Source: Eledone cirrhosa (taxonomy: Eukaryota). From it: 64,000 bases of DNA. Every line of letters begins with the position of its first letter. Within the stretch, counting starts at the first letter, position 1. Shown in pieces: positions 1-12,729 of the stretch. The DNA lies in contig OZ024742.1 of NCBI GenBank assembly GCA_964016885.1, positions 186,558,001 to 186,622,000 of the forward strand, in the 5' to 3' direction. The notes under the pieces were generated by a model, which saw only the letters and a program-made list of their open reading frames with translations, searched no databases and had not been told where the DNA came from. A program made the position numbers and the translations under genes.

Positions 1-130
1 GCTTGAGCTTTGCCGTCGGGGTTAAACATTTTCCTATATATATATATAGTAAAAAATTGAACGGGAACAAAACAGAGAGGCAGTACGAACAAAGGTTTAT
101 TAGTTTCACGCTCTTGAGAGTGGGGTGGTG

Positions 131-245
<115 letters not shown>

Positions 246-407
246 TAAATATACACGGGTGTGTATGATTGTGTATAGAAGATTATATTAATAAGAGGAA
301 TTCCAACTTTGTCTGATTTACTCGTTTTATTTACAATCCTTTAAAATACATATAATATGGTATTATAATGAAATAGTATGATAGAATATTAAATTCTAAG
401 TGTTAAT

Positions 408-446
408 TGAACAAGTACTTTCATGCTTTCGCAATCTTCAGGTTCA
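408..446 (-). ncRNA. Minimal type I hammerhead ribozyme in the Penelope 3' region
   Basis: Minus strand reads TGAAC CTGAAGA T TGC GAAA GCA T GAAA GTAC TT GTTCA. Stem I is TGAAC/GTTCA, the core is CUGANGA/GAAA and stem III is the palindrome AGTACT. Confidence 0.85.
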
Positions 447-811
447 TGATATGTGGTGACAGTCGAGTTTGCAATTTTCAACTGTAATGAGATGGGTAAA
501 TTTACTACCTTTTATACATTTTATACAGAGAAAAGTGGCTCCAGAATGCAAAGCCCTGTAAACTGTATTTCGACCAATCAGTGTGTAGTTTCACTGAATT
601 ACTACAGCTGATTGGTTTAAGCGTCACGGCTGATTGAGCATGCTAACGACCAATAGTCATACCCAACGTATCAATTGTTTTGCTTTTTGAAATGATGAAA
701 ATAGCATTTTCTATTAATCATCACCATCAACATCACTTTTATTATTATTATTATTGTTGTTGTTAGTGGTCGTGGTCATAGTGGTAGTAGAAGTAATACC
801 CCTAGGCGTTA

Positions 812-1396
812 TTATTGTTCATTTAGCTTGGGTTTGAATTTATCAATAACATTCTTTTCTTTGATTTTTCTCTTGATTTCACTTGGGCTGTGTAATTTGT
901 AGAATGGGAATATTATAAATATTCCCTGACCACATGTTGCCAGGTGGCCGCTTAGGGGTATCTGACGGACATTTGGGTCTCTGATTTGTTGACGGTGTAC
1001 CCGTGCACGTTCCGATAGTGCATTTCCAGTTTGACCGACATATAGTTTTTCACAATTCGGGCATTTAATGCAGTAAATTAGATTTCTGCTTTTGCAGTTC
1101 ATATTTGCATTTGGGAATATTTTTCCAGTTTTTGTTTTCATATATTGACCGGCGTGTATGGATTGACATGTGCCGCATCGATTATCATTGCATTTAGATA
1201 CAGTGAATGATTGGTATTTGTTGTTAAGGTCAAACTTTGCTTTTGTTAGCAATTGCTTCAAATTTTTTGGCTGTCTTTTACTAAGAGTCAAAGATCGATC
1301 TGTGATTAAGCCTTTTAATTCATTACTTTGAGCAATGATCGGTAGGTTTGCTTTGGCAGTGTTGAATATATTCTGGTGACATGGGTTGTGTGTCAT
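812..1396 (-). pseudogene. PLE GIY-YIG endonuclease domain with Cys-rich linker, separated from RT by a frameshift
   Basis: KCNDNRCGTC linker, NLIYCIKCPNCEKLYVGQTGN..RARVH and a terminal KPKLN motif. Confidence 0.9.
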
Positions 1397-1442
1397 TATA
1401 AATGGTATGACCAGTTCTTGGTTTCTTCTTCCTTGGGTTGTT

Positions 1443-3125
1443 CTAGGTTGTTGTATAGGTATTTTTATAGCCCGCTGTATGCCATTTTCTATAAGTAAAG
1501 ATGGGTAAAGATTGTTTGAGCAAAAATTCTCTTAGTTCTGTTAGGCGTTTGTACCTGGTATTCGTATCTTCTACAATGGTACAAATTCTTCTGGCTAGGC
1601 AGTATGGGATGTTGCGTTTTGTATGAGGTGGATGGCACGACTTAAAATTCAGATATTGATGGGTGTCTGTGTGTTTATAATATATATCCGTGGTAATGGT
1701 GGTGTCGTTTTTGATTATCATTATGTCTAGGAATGGTAATTTGGTCCTACTCATCTCTTTTGTGAATTGGAGAGATGGGTGTAGGTTATTCAGGAGGATA
1801 TTGAACTCATCCAGAGTATCTAGAGATTCTGTCCAGATGATGAAACAGTCGTCAAGGTATCTCTTCCAAGATTTTTCAATGTGCTTTCTAAAGTCAGTAC
1901 TATATTTTTCCTCTATTTCTTGGTAGAGTTGTTGTTCTAAGTATCCCATTACAGAGTTCGCGTAAACGGGAGTAAACTTCTTTCCCATCGCTGTGCCTCT
2001 AATTTGGATGTAATTCTTTCCATTGAAGAAGAAAGTGTTGTTTTCCAGAATAAGTTTAACTGCGTCTAATATAAATGGCGCTGTGAATCTAATGGGAATC
2101 ACTTCTCTTTGTTTTTCCACCCAGTATTTAACCGCCTTTATTCCTAAATCATGTGTAATGTTGGTGTAAAGGCTTACCACATCAAAACTGAGTAGAAGTG
2201 AATTCGTTTCCGTGGTTTTGGGAAGATGGGACAGGAAGTCGATATCATCCCGGATGAAACTGGGTATGTGAATACATAGTGGTTTCAAAATAATGTCAAC
2301 AAAATTGCTTAGACGGTGAGTGAGGCATGTTGGACCAGCTATAATAGGTCTAAGTTTTAAGTCTTTGGGGTGTAATAATTTAATGTACTCACTGTTTTGT
2401 TCTCTTACTGCCAGTTGTATTTCTTTTGACTTGTGAACTTTCGGTAGGCCATACAGGTTGCTGGGTTTCGGCTCAAAATTGGTGATGTAGTCTCTTTCCT
2501 TATCAGTAAATGAGTTGTGGTATTTTGAAGCCAGGTTGTTGATCTTCTTCATGATGTTGTGGTCTATATTTGACGGTATTTCATGATAGAATGTTGTGTC
2601 TTTCAGTTGTTCCTCAACCAAATCCTTGTAGTATTCAGTATCCATTATAACAACTGCACCCCCTTTATCTGCTTGTTTAATTATTATTGTTTTATCATTT
2701 TGTATACGTTTAAGTGCAGACATTTCTGATTTGTTAATGTTTGGCCTAACATTAGTATTATGTCTAAGAGGAAATTTAGACAGGATGTCAATGTATTGGT
2801 CGAGATAAATATTTCTTCCTTTTGGCGGAGTGAAATTTGATTTATTCTTTACTAGTGATTCATCACTCTCATTATTTTTATCAGCGAAGAATTCTACAAG
2901 ACGTAATTTTCGACAGAATTCTTGGGTATCCTCCTTCAGTTCTTGGTAGTTGACTGTTGGAGTCGGTGTGAATTTCAGTCCTTTTCACAGAATTTGCATT
3001 TCATCATTGTCAAGATCTCTTTTAGATAAATTAATTATTTTAGGATCTACGTGTACAGCTGTTTTAGGTATGTTTCCTCCTGGAGTTTTTCTTTTTCCGG
3101 TTTTTGTTGTCCTGACGTTAAAAAA
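1443..3125 (-). pseudogene. PLE reverse transcriptase (in-frame TGA at 2985-2987, +1 T frameshift near 1510)
   Basis: Motifs IINLS..KGLKFTPTP, KQADKGGAVV, YGLPKVHK, RPII, SFDVVSLYTNI, GTAMG, RYLDD, LPFLDI and HPPHTKRNIPY. Confidence 0.93.
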
Positions 3126-3457
3126 TGAATTTTTCTCTGTTCAGGATTTATATTCCTGTTGGTGTTCGCTTGATGAACTTTTGGTCGTGATATTATATTT
3201 GGTTTCGTTATGTATTTTGTCCTATTTTTGGTATTCTGTATATTATTTTTCTTCCTGTTAGCATTATTTTTAACAATCTGGGAAAATGACCTAGGTTTGC
3301 TTTCAGGTTTAGATCGTTTTTTCGTCCAGTTTCTTGTGGGCAATCTCTGTTGAGATCTTGAGAGTGATCTGGTTATTCTACGTTTTGTTTCCACATTCCT
3401 TGTTGGTAGTCTCTGTTGAGATCTTGAGAATGATCTCCTGGTTTTACTACTTCTCAT
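3047..3457 (-). CDS. Basic Arg/Ser/Lys-rich upstream ORF of the PLE, 5'-truncated at the inversion junction
   Basis: 136 aa ORF with SRSQQRLPTRN duplicated (60 bp repeat). The frame stays open upstream to the junction near 3496 and overlaps the start of the RT frame. Confidence 0.55.
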   Translation of the reverse strand: MRSSKTRRSFSRSQQRLPTRNVETKRRITRSLSRSQQRLPTRNWTKKRSKPESKPRSFSQIVKNNANRKKNNIQNTKNRTKYITKPNIISRPKVHQANTNRNINPEQRKIHFLTSGQQKPEKEKLQEETYLKQLYT

Positions 3458-3496
3458 AGTCTGGTCAAAGGAATACCTATCGTGTTTGTGCTTTTT

Positions 3497-4907
3497 GAAT
3501 TCACTTCTACTCAGTTTTGATGTGGTAAGCCTTTACACCAACATTACACATGATTTAGGAATAAAGGCGGTTAAATACTGGGTGGAAAAACAAAGAGAAG
3601 TGATTCCCATTAGATTCACAGCGCCATTTATATTAGACGCAGTTAAACTTATTCTGGAAAACAACACTTTCTTCTTCAATGGAAAGAATTACATCCAAAT
3701 TAGAGGCACAGTGATGGGAAAGAAGTTTGCTCCCGTTTACGCGAACTCTGTAATGGGATACTTAGAACAACAACTCTACCAAGAAATAGAGGAAAAATAT
3801 AGTACTGACTTTAGAAAGCACATTGAAAAATCTTGGAAGAGATACCTTGACGACTGTTTCATCATCTGGACAGAATCTCTAGATACTCTGGATGAGTTCA
3901 ATATCCTCCTGAATAACCTACACCCATCTCTCCAATTCACAAAAGAGATGAGTAGGACCAAATTACCATTCCTAGACATAATGATAATCAAAAACGACAC
4001 CACCATTACCACGGATATATATTATAAACACACAGACACCCATCAATATCTGAATTTTAAGTCGTGCCATCCACCTCATACAAAACGCAACATCCCATAC
4101 TGCCTAGCCAGAAGAATTTGTACCATTGTAGAAGATACGAATACCAGGTACAAACGCCTAACAGAACTAAGAGAATTTTTGCTCAAACAATCTTTACCCA
4201 TCTTTACTTATAGAAAATGGCATACAGCGGGCTATAAAAATACCTATACAACAACCTAGAACAACCCAAGGAAGAAGAAACCAAGAACTGGTCATACCAT
4301 TTATAATGACACACAACCCATGTCACCAGAATATATTCAACACTGCCAAAGCAAACCTACCGATCATTGCTCAAAGTAATGAATTAAAAGGCTTAATCAC
4401 AGATCGATCTTTGACTCTTAGTAAAAGACAGCCAAAAAATTTGAAGCAATTGCTAACAAAAGCAAAGTTTGACCTTAACAACAAAGACCAATCATTCACT
4501 GTATCTAAATGCAATGATAATCGATGCGGCACATGTCAATCCATACACGCCGGTCAATATATGAAAACAAAAACTGGAAAAATATTCCCAAATGCAAATA
4601 TGAACTGCAAAAGCAGAAATCTAATTTACTGCATTAAATGCCCGAATTGTGAAGAACTATATGTCGGTCAAACTGGAAATGCACTATCGGAACGTGCACG
4701 GGTACACCGTCAACAAATCAGAGACCCAAATGTCCGTCAGATACCCCTAAGCGGCCACCTGGCAACATGTGGTCAGGGAATATTTATAATATTCCCATTC
4801 TACAAATTACACAGCCCAAGTGAAATCAAGAGAAAAATCAAAGAAAAGAATTTTATTGATAAATTCAAACCCAAGCTAAATGAACAATAATAACGCCTAG
4901 GGGTATT
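3497..4907 (+). mobile_element. Inverted partial copy of the same PLE (RT C-terminal half plus GIY-YIG)
   Basis: Reverse complement of about 795-2205. ORFs 3486-4259 and 4306-4890 differ from the minus-strand copy at only about 5 residues. Confidence 0.95.
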
Positions 4908-4949
4908 ATTGTGAACATGCCAGAAAATACTAATTTCCCTGTAAATTAC

Positions 4950-5157
4950 AATAATGGTTTCTGATTTAGGTAGAAGGCGAACAATTTGGGTGGGTAGGGG
5001 AGTCGATTAAATCGATTCAGTACATTACTGGTACTTTATTTTATCGACTCCGTAAGGATGAAAGGCAAAGCTAAATTCGGTGGGATTTGAACTCAGAACG
5101 TAAAGGGCCGTAATTCTATGCCGCAAATCATGATGTCCGACGCTCTACCATTATTGT
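4950..5157 (-). mobile_element. tRNA-derived SINE, family A
   Basis: Matches the recurrent unit with B box GAGTTCAAATCC and body CTTTGCCTTTCATCC...GATAAAATAAAGTACCAGTA. Confidence 0.75.
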
Positions 5158-5559
5158 CAATGAAACAATGATAAATGTTTAATCGATTTTCAGATCTTAT
5201 TGGACCCTCATCAAAAGGCGTGTATATCTAAAATATAAAATACATGTTTATACACAAAAGATTATAAGTAACTAGAACACACAAATCTGGTTTATAGAGG
5301 ACAAAATATTTTCATAGCTTTTACTATCTTACTATTGAAGACCTGGGTGACTTACCTGACGTGATTGTAGGGGTAACGTGGTGTTTAGTGTGAGTGAACA
5401 CAATATGGGTGACATAAAGAAGAGGGATGAGTAAATCGGGTGTGTGCGTGCGTGTTTGTTGAGGTGACATGAATTTATCAATTTCTGAGGGGTAGAGGCT
5501 ATTGTTGTGAGGGTTAGAGTTAGAGTCATCGATTTACGTCCGTTGTTTTCTCGGCTTGA

Positions 5560-5835
5560 GTGGGTTGGGAGAAAACCGGCTTCATGGGCGTTAAGCGACT
5601 GATTGTAAAAGATCCTCCCATGGATAGGGCGCCAGTCCATCACAGTCTTAATTCCCAGCTGATGCTGCTGGAACTCGTTTCATTTTCAGTTTTGAATTGG
5701 AACAACATGAAATGAAGTGCTTTGCTCAAGAACAGAGTGCCCCCTCCCCTCGCTCCGGTTGCCCCCTCCCCTCGGTCCGGTAATTGAAACAATGACCTTC
5801 TGATCACGCACCTGACACTCTAATAACTTGGTCCC
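5560..5835 (-). mobile_element. tRNA-derived SINE, family B (CORE-like domain)
   Basis: Contains TGAAATGAAGTGCTTTGCTCAAG, which recurs near 7230, 20100, 28270, 33320 and 40830. Confidence 0.55.
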
Positions 5836-6159
5836 AATATTTGACTACCTTCATATTTATAACTCATAAATACGATATTATAGTACGGATTCGTGTTTAT
5901 TAAAGTGTTACATGTCCGCTCAATTTAATTTACAGTTAATCGTATTCAACATTATCCAAAACCGATTTCTCATAGACTAATTAATTTCATATCCGTTTAT
6001 TGGAGAAATAATGGCAAATATATAATCAATTCATACAGCTTCGATTTTCCTCTTTTCTTCAAATTTTCGTTTTCTTTCATTCTGTAAGAATCTATTGTTC
6101 CTATAGATTAAACTCCAGCTGCTATTGGGACCCATTTGGTCCAGCTGGGTTGACTGGGG

Positions 6160-6430
6160 CAACGCAAAGAGGAGTGTCTTCCTCAAAGAAACCAGGGACA
6201 CAATATATTGGCCGATTCTGAAATGAAGCCCACGATTTGTGAACTGAGGCAATCTGAAATTGAGTCTCTTGCTCAAGGACACCAAAGACACAACATTTCG
6301 CTCGATTCGGAAATGAATCCCACAACCTTGTGAACTGGGGAAACGTGAAATTGAGTGTCTTGCTCAAGAACACCAAGGACACAAAATTTCGCCCGATTCT
6401 GAAACGGAGCCCACGACCTTCTAACCGTCA
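6160..6430. repeat. About 91 bp tandem repeat (x3) derived from a SINE family B segment
   Basis: GAAATTGAGT(G/C)TCTTGCTCAAG..ACACCAA..ACACAA repeats with a period of about 91 bp. Confidence 0.65.
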
Positions 6431-6989
6431 TCTGGACATTCTTAATGACTAAGCTGCTTTGCTTCATTGCCATAAAGTAGTATATTACTATATTCGTGTT
6501 AAACATCGAGTAATTTTTTATTATATGTGTTCTGTGTATTTTATGTATATTCAAGTTCTGGACCGTTAAGATTTATAGGCTAGACAAACTCATTTGTAAG
6601 CGTCATTCACGCGCGCACGCACAACATATACACACTTCTTATAAATACACACAGAAATAGACATATACGCACGCACATATAATAAATACACATATAAACA
6701 CAGGTCTAAGAAATATAAAACGTAACTATATTATATAAAATATCGTAGATTATGTGCTCAAAATATGTCTAGTGAATGACGTGAAATTTATAGTAACAAT
6801 AAAGATATAGACAAGCAAAGAAAGAAAGAAAGCAATAACATGACATATAGTTTATGCTGTGTAGAAGAAATGAAAATTGCTAGAAACGTCTGGAGACTAT
6901 CTGTTAGTTTGACACCACTGTTCAGCTCAGTCAATCTAACCTGTAGAATTGCCAATACAGTAGAAATATACTTCCGACTTTTCAACGTA

Positions 6990-7300
6990 TTTAACCTACT
7001 ATATAAAAGGAACTGTTCGGACACTAATGACCATAGTTTTTCACCAAGAAACTTTCCCTCCGCGGCACAAGTCCGGACAAGGTTATTTGTTGATGACCAA
7101 CAGTCGCCCATGCCTATCAGCCCAACCTTCTCCGTGTCACCGATGCTGTCTAAGGGAAAGGCAATGACCGATACAGCTTGGCACCAGTGACGTCGCAACT
7201 CATTTCTATAACTGAGTAAACAGGAACAACGTGAAATAAAGTGTCTTGCTCAAGGACACAACGCAAAGCCTGCTCCGAGAATCGAACTCACAACCTCTAT
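6990..7300 (-). mobile_element. SINE family B
   Basis: Plus strand GTGAAATAAAGTGTCTTGCTCAAGGACACAAC...GAATCGAACTC, giving a B box on the minus strand. Confidence 0.6.
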
Positions 7301-7744
7301 CAGTATATAACAGTATAAAGAGGTGTCCCAACGTGAAGAAAGAGAAAACCTCAAAATGAATATTTTAATATCACTAGAATGGATCTCCTTGGTTTCAACG
7401 ACATGTGTTCCAGTTCTCCAATAAACGGAACAGCCTACTCGTGAAATTAAAGTGTAAGTGGCTGAGCATTCAACAGACATGTATACCCATAACGTAGTTC
7501 TCATGAAGCTCAGCGGGACACTATATGGCATGGCTGCCCTTTTGAATTGTAGGTACAGCCTATCCTACGGTCTTACAAATAGTTTCCATCAACCCAATTT
7601 CACTCATAAGGTTTAGGTTCATTCCAGTATATGGTGAATGAGATTTGGTGAAGATGCAATGCAGTAGACCCAATGATTGCGAACACCTGAACAATTCGAC
7701 CACACTGCATCCACAGATTCAACATCAGCTGTTGATTTAAATAC

Positions 7745-8530
7745 TATGTATGTATGTATGTATGTATGTATGTATGTATGTATGTATGTATGTATGTATG
7801 TTCTGGTTTTATAATTTCACAAAGTTTTACCAATAGAGAGAGAGTCGGTTTCTAACATAGACACAAGACTCTCTCATTGGAATTTACACAACATCAACTA
7901 GGTAGATATGTATGTAGCATGCATGTGTAGATATGGATGTTATTGTATGTGTGGATGTGGATGTTTTGAGTTGTATGTGTGCATGTGTGTATGCTTTGCA
8001 TCTGTACATGTGTATATGCAGTTATTAGATGCAACATTTTTGGAATGTTTTTATTTTTACTGTTCCATTTTTACTGTTCCATTAATGGATTGTACTTGTA
8101 ATTTCCTAACTAGTTGTGTTCTTTCTGTTTCTGTGAAGCCTAGCTTCTCAAGATTTGTATTGAGGCAGTTACTAACATACCCCAGTGCCGCAATAATCAC
8201 AGGTATGTATGTATGTATGTATGTATGTATGTATGTATGTATGTATGTATGTATGTATGTATGTATGTATGTATGTATGTATGTATGCATGTATGTTCTG
8301 GTTTTATAATTTCACAAATATTTGCCAATAGAGAGAGAGTCGGTTTCTAACATAGTTACAAGAATTTATACAACATCAGCAAGGTAGATATATATGCATG
8401 TCTGCATGCATGCATGTGTGTGCAAGTATGGATGTTATTGTATGTGTGGATATGTATGTTTTGAGTTGTGTGTGTGCATGTGCTTTGTATCTGTACATGT
8501 GTATATGCAGTTATTAGATGCAAATTTTTT
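7745..8530 (-). mobile_element. Two tandem 3' ends of an RLE-type non-LTR element with (CATA)n tails
   Basis: PVIIAALGYV..NLEKLG..KLQ is the RLE endonuclease C-terminus (8057-8203). 7800-8035 is duplicated at 8295-8530, and each copy abuts (TATG)n. Confidence 0.65.
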
Positions 8531-9049
8531 ATATGTTTGTATGTATGCGCGCGTGTGTGTATGTATGTATATGTGTATATGTGTGTATGTATATATGTAA
8601 TATGGATATATGTAAGTATATATGTATGTGTGTATGTGTGTATATACCTATGTATGTGTACGTTTGTCTGTGTTTGTATATGAGTATGTAGGTATGTATG
8701 TGTGTGTATGTATATGTATGTATGATTGTATGTATGTATGTGTGTATGTATGTATATACATCTATGTATGTATGTGACTGTGTTTATGTATTAGTTTCTA
8801 TGTATGTGTAGATGTGCATATTTCATGTGTGTTTATTTTTACAAATACCGACAGTCATTAATTTAATTCTAATAATTTAATGATATTATAATGGCCACCA
8901 ATTAGATAAGTTCAGAGAAGAACTAATTATTATAGTCAAAGATTCATGTCTGAGGATTAAAATCCTCGTAAATTTTAAAGAATCTGCGTCTTACGTAATC
9001 AGTTGTGTTACCAAACCAACCGCGTTATCAAAATCCGCGTAGGGTCGGG

Positions 9050-9237
9050 TCGGTGGATTGGCAGTATCGGTAGACGGTCGGACTCCATGCCTTGACGCAT
9101 TGAGTTACGGCCCTTGCCATTCTGAGTTCAAATCCCGCCGAAGTTAACTTTGCCTTTCATCCTTACGGGGTCGATAAAATAAAGTACCAGTAACACCTTG
9201 GGGTAATAGCTGGCCTTGTGCCAAAAGTAGAAACAGT
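9050..9237 (+). mobile_element. SINE family A
   Basis: A box TGGCAGTATCGG, B box GAGTTCAAATCC and the conserved body. Confidence 0.85.
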
Positions 9238-9306
9238 TTTCTCCCTTACATTAGAGGAAACCGTTTCATGAGAAACAGGACGTTAAGAGTTTTATAGGCG
9301 ATTTGA

Positions 9307-9890
9307 ATTCTTCTTCTTCTTCTTCTTCTTCTTCTTCTTCTTCTTCTTCTTCTTCTTCTTCTTCTTCTTCTTCTTCTTCTTCTTCTTCTTCTTCTTCTTC
9401 TTCTTCTTCTTCTTCTCTCTGAGAGGGTCGAGTGGAGCAGTGTCCTCAAACACTCCTTCCAGCGGATCCTGTCAGAAACAACCGTCTCCAACTGATCCGG
9501 TTGGATTCTCAAGCAAGTCCAGCCAAACTCATGGATGTTATCCAACTATCTTGCTTGGGGTCTACCCCTGGGTCTCTTGCCGGTTTGTGTTGCCCGTAAA
9601 ATCTGTCCGTAAAATCAGCCCATAAAATCTGTCCTGGGACATTCTAATCTCATATCCATAATATTTAGAGAAATAGAGGCTCTAACTGGAGTGACTCTCT
9701 GATTTCCGAGCTGCTCACTCTATCGAGTAACGTTACTCCAAAGACCCTTCGGAGGAATCCCATTTGGGCCGTTTGTATTCGCGATCGTATTCTTTCAGTC
9801 ATTACCTAAGATTCCTGACCATAGGTAAGTGTTGGCATGAATATCAAATTGAAGATAGCGAGTTTGGCTTTTACACCTCCCTCCCTTCTT
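9307..9890 (-). mobile_element. RTE-clade LINE 3' fragment with (GAA)n tail
   Basis: Minus-strand translation GFLRRVFGVTLLDR..GKRPRGRP..DRIRWK followed by a (TTC)n tract. Homologous to 28885-29265. Confidence 0.75.
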
Positions 9891-9912
9891 TTGATTACTG
9901 AATGCCAAAGTA

Positions 9913-10089
9913 GGAATATACTATAAGCTCGCATTTTACACAATTTTTAATAGCGTGATTCTGAACATATGTAGTTTGAATTTTTTTGGTTTTAATTCAG
10001 CGTTTTGAATTAAAAAAAAAATTCCGACTGCATATGTTTAGAATCATACTATCTAAAATTGCGTAAAATGCGAGCTTACTGTATATTCC
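9913..10089. mobile_element. Palindromic MITE-like element
   Basis: Imperfect inverted arms of about 85 bp (GGAATATACTATAAGCTCGC / GCGAGCTTACTGTATATTCC) around a short spacer. Confidence 0.6.
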
Positions 10090-10571
10090 AGCTATACAAT
10101 AAACCGAATGAATGGTTCATATAAATTAATAAGAATTTTAATCATCATCTTATTATATTTAATGATTTAGTTAACAATATAAATAAATGCATTCTTAATT
10201 TATTTTCGGTTAAAGCAAAATTTTATAACCGTGCGCCATATTGTAATAACGCAACCGAGAAAAGCGTATGAAAAACTTATATGTATTAGAAATGTTAATC
10301 ACCACCTTATTTTATTTAATGATGTAGTTTAAAATACAAGTAAAAATATTTCTAATTTATCGTCAGAAAAGCAACGTTTAATAAAGCTGTTCATATTATA
10401 ATAATGCATTGTAGAAAAGCATATTCATAACTTTAGATTAGCTTTATATATACGCCAGAAACCTTTAAACCTTTTATTACGAAAAGAAATCGAAATATGT
10501 TTTAATTTCTTTGTGTGTTAAACGTTATATCCGATATTGCCTTCCCACTCAAGTTTAGCCCTTGTAAAATA

Positions 10572-10920
10572 CAAGGGTAGGCTAAAAAGTTCATAGGCTG
10601 ACTATGAAGGAGTGATGCAAGAGCTGTGAAATCTTGCATGCATTACTTTCAACTCTTCTTATTAATAACTGCATTGCTTCTTTCCAAGGACTGTGTTGAA
10701 AAACAAACCTAATTTGGTCATTCCATGAGAGTATCTTGGTCATAGGTTGACTATGAAGAAGTGATGCAAGAGCTGTGAAATCTTGCATGCATTAATTTCG
10801 ACTTGTTTTTAATCAATAACTGCATTGTTTCTTTTCAAGGACTGTGTTGAAAAACAAATCACATTTGGTCATTCCATGAGAGTATCTTGGTTAGCCTATG
10901 AACTTTTCTACCGAGCCTCA
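10572..10920. mobile_element. Mariner-type MITE with an internal 150 bp tandem duplication
   Basis: TA-flanked imperfect TIRs AAAAGTTCATAGGCTGA / TTAGCCTATGAACTTTT. 10590-10740 is repeated at 10740-10890. Confidence 0.65.
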
Positions 10921-11179
10921 TAAACACTGATACCATCAATCATCTATAGTATGGGTCTCTACATTACAGGTACAGTTCATCCGATGGTATTGCAAAGTTT
11001 CCCTTGAGCCAGTCATAGGTCGACTCAAGGCTAGGTTACACGACACTTGCCCAAGACGTCTTACAGTATAGTTGCTAGTTTAGAGACTTAGACATACACT
11101 AACTCTACACTTGTTCACTTGCTCTTCATTCGTCTGACTTCTGTCCATTATTGCCGCATAGAGTTACTCCCCTTTATGG

Positions 11180-11568
11180 TCTGAGTTCAAATCCTGCCGA
11201 GGTTAATTTTGCCTTTCATCCTTACGGGGTCGATAAAATGAAGTACCAGTAATGTACTGGGATAACTGCTGGCCTTGTGCCAAAGTAGAAACAATTATTG
11301 TTGGTTATCATATTTATAATAACAATATTTATAATAACAATAATAATGCTTTCTTTATTAATAACAATAATAATAATAGTAGTAATAATTGTTTCTACTT
11401 TTGGCACAAGGCCAGCAATTACTCCAGTGCATTACTGGTATTTTATTTTATCGACGCCGTAAGGATGAAAGGCAAAGTTAACCTCGGCGGGATTTGAACT
11501 CAACACGCAAAGGACCAGAACTCTATGCTGCAAAGCATGGTGTCTGACGCTCTACCGATACTGCCAAA
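11180..11568. mobile_element. Tail-to-tail inverted pair of family A SINEs
   Basis: Plus copy 11180-11297 and minus copy 11385-11568, separated by an AAT-rich spacer. Confidence 0.8.
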
Positions 11569-11570
11569 CC

Positions 11571-11613
11571 AGTAGTAGTACTGGTAGTAGTAGTGGTTGT
11601 AGTAGTAGTAGTG

Positions 11614-11684
<71 letters not shown>

Positions 11685-11751
11685 TGTAGTAGTAGTAGTA
11701 GTGGTAGTAGTAGTAGTAGTACTAGTAGTAGTAGTAGTAATGGTAGTAGTT

Positions 11752-11809
<58 letters not shown>

Positions 11810-11850
11810 CAGCAGTAGTAGCAACAGGAGTAGTAGTAGTAGCAGCAGCA
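11571..11850. repeat. (TAG)n microsatellite
   Basis: Directly visible. Confidence 0.95.
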
Positions 11851-12126
11851 TCAGCATCAACGACTACTGTTGTTTTGATAGCTTCAGGGGTGTGTGGGAT
11901 GGATGTTACGGTAATATTTATTAATTCACTTCTTTTTATGTGGCAGCCATTAAAAAAAGATGGCAGAAAGCAACAAACAAAGACAAGAACCACTTTAACA
12001 GTCTAACAACAAATAGGAAGGAACAGAAAACAAATAATGGTGGAAACTGGCCCCTCCTCTCCTTCTCTTCATCATTATCTCATCATCATCACCATCATTA
12101 AAATCATCAACTATCTATACATACAA

Positions 12127-12169
<43 letters not shown>

Positions 12170-12204
12170 GTATATATATATATATACAGTATATATATAT
12201 ATAT

Positions 12205-12293
<89 letters not shown>

Positions 12294-12422
12294 TGCTTGT
12301 ATATATATATACAATATATATACGTGTATATATATAAATGTCTATATAAGCATATATATATATATATATTTATATTTATGCATATATATATGCTTATATA
12401 CACATACATATATATAAATACG

Positions 12423-12473
<51 letters not shown>

Positions 12474-12658
12474 ATGTGTGTATATACACACATACACACA
12501 CATTGTTCCTATCCTGTCCATAATATTAAGTAATGTTTATAGACTAACAGATACATCACTGGCCTAACTTGTCATGTTTTTATCGCAAACTTCTGCCTGA
12601 ACAAACCTCGAGGACCGCTTACAACCCCTCCCTTATATTACAGTAGTAGTAGTAGTAC

Positions 12659-12691
<33 letters not shown>

Positions 12692-12729
12692 CAGGAGCAG
12701 TAGTAGTAGTAGTTGTTGTTGTTATAGCT

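Noticed and set aside
2985-2987. In-frame TGA in the PLE RT as possible selenocysteine (as in Naiad PLEs)
   Set aside because: It lies at a non-cysteine position (IL*KGLKF, normally a residue such as Ser), no SECIS was recognised, and the copy has another lesion. A nonsense mutation is more likely.
9050-9140. tRNA gene candidates from A/B boxes
   Set aside because: The boxes belong to dispersed SINE heads, and no cloverleaf is evident.
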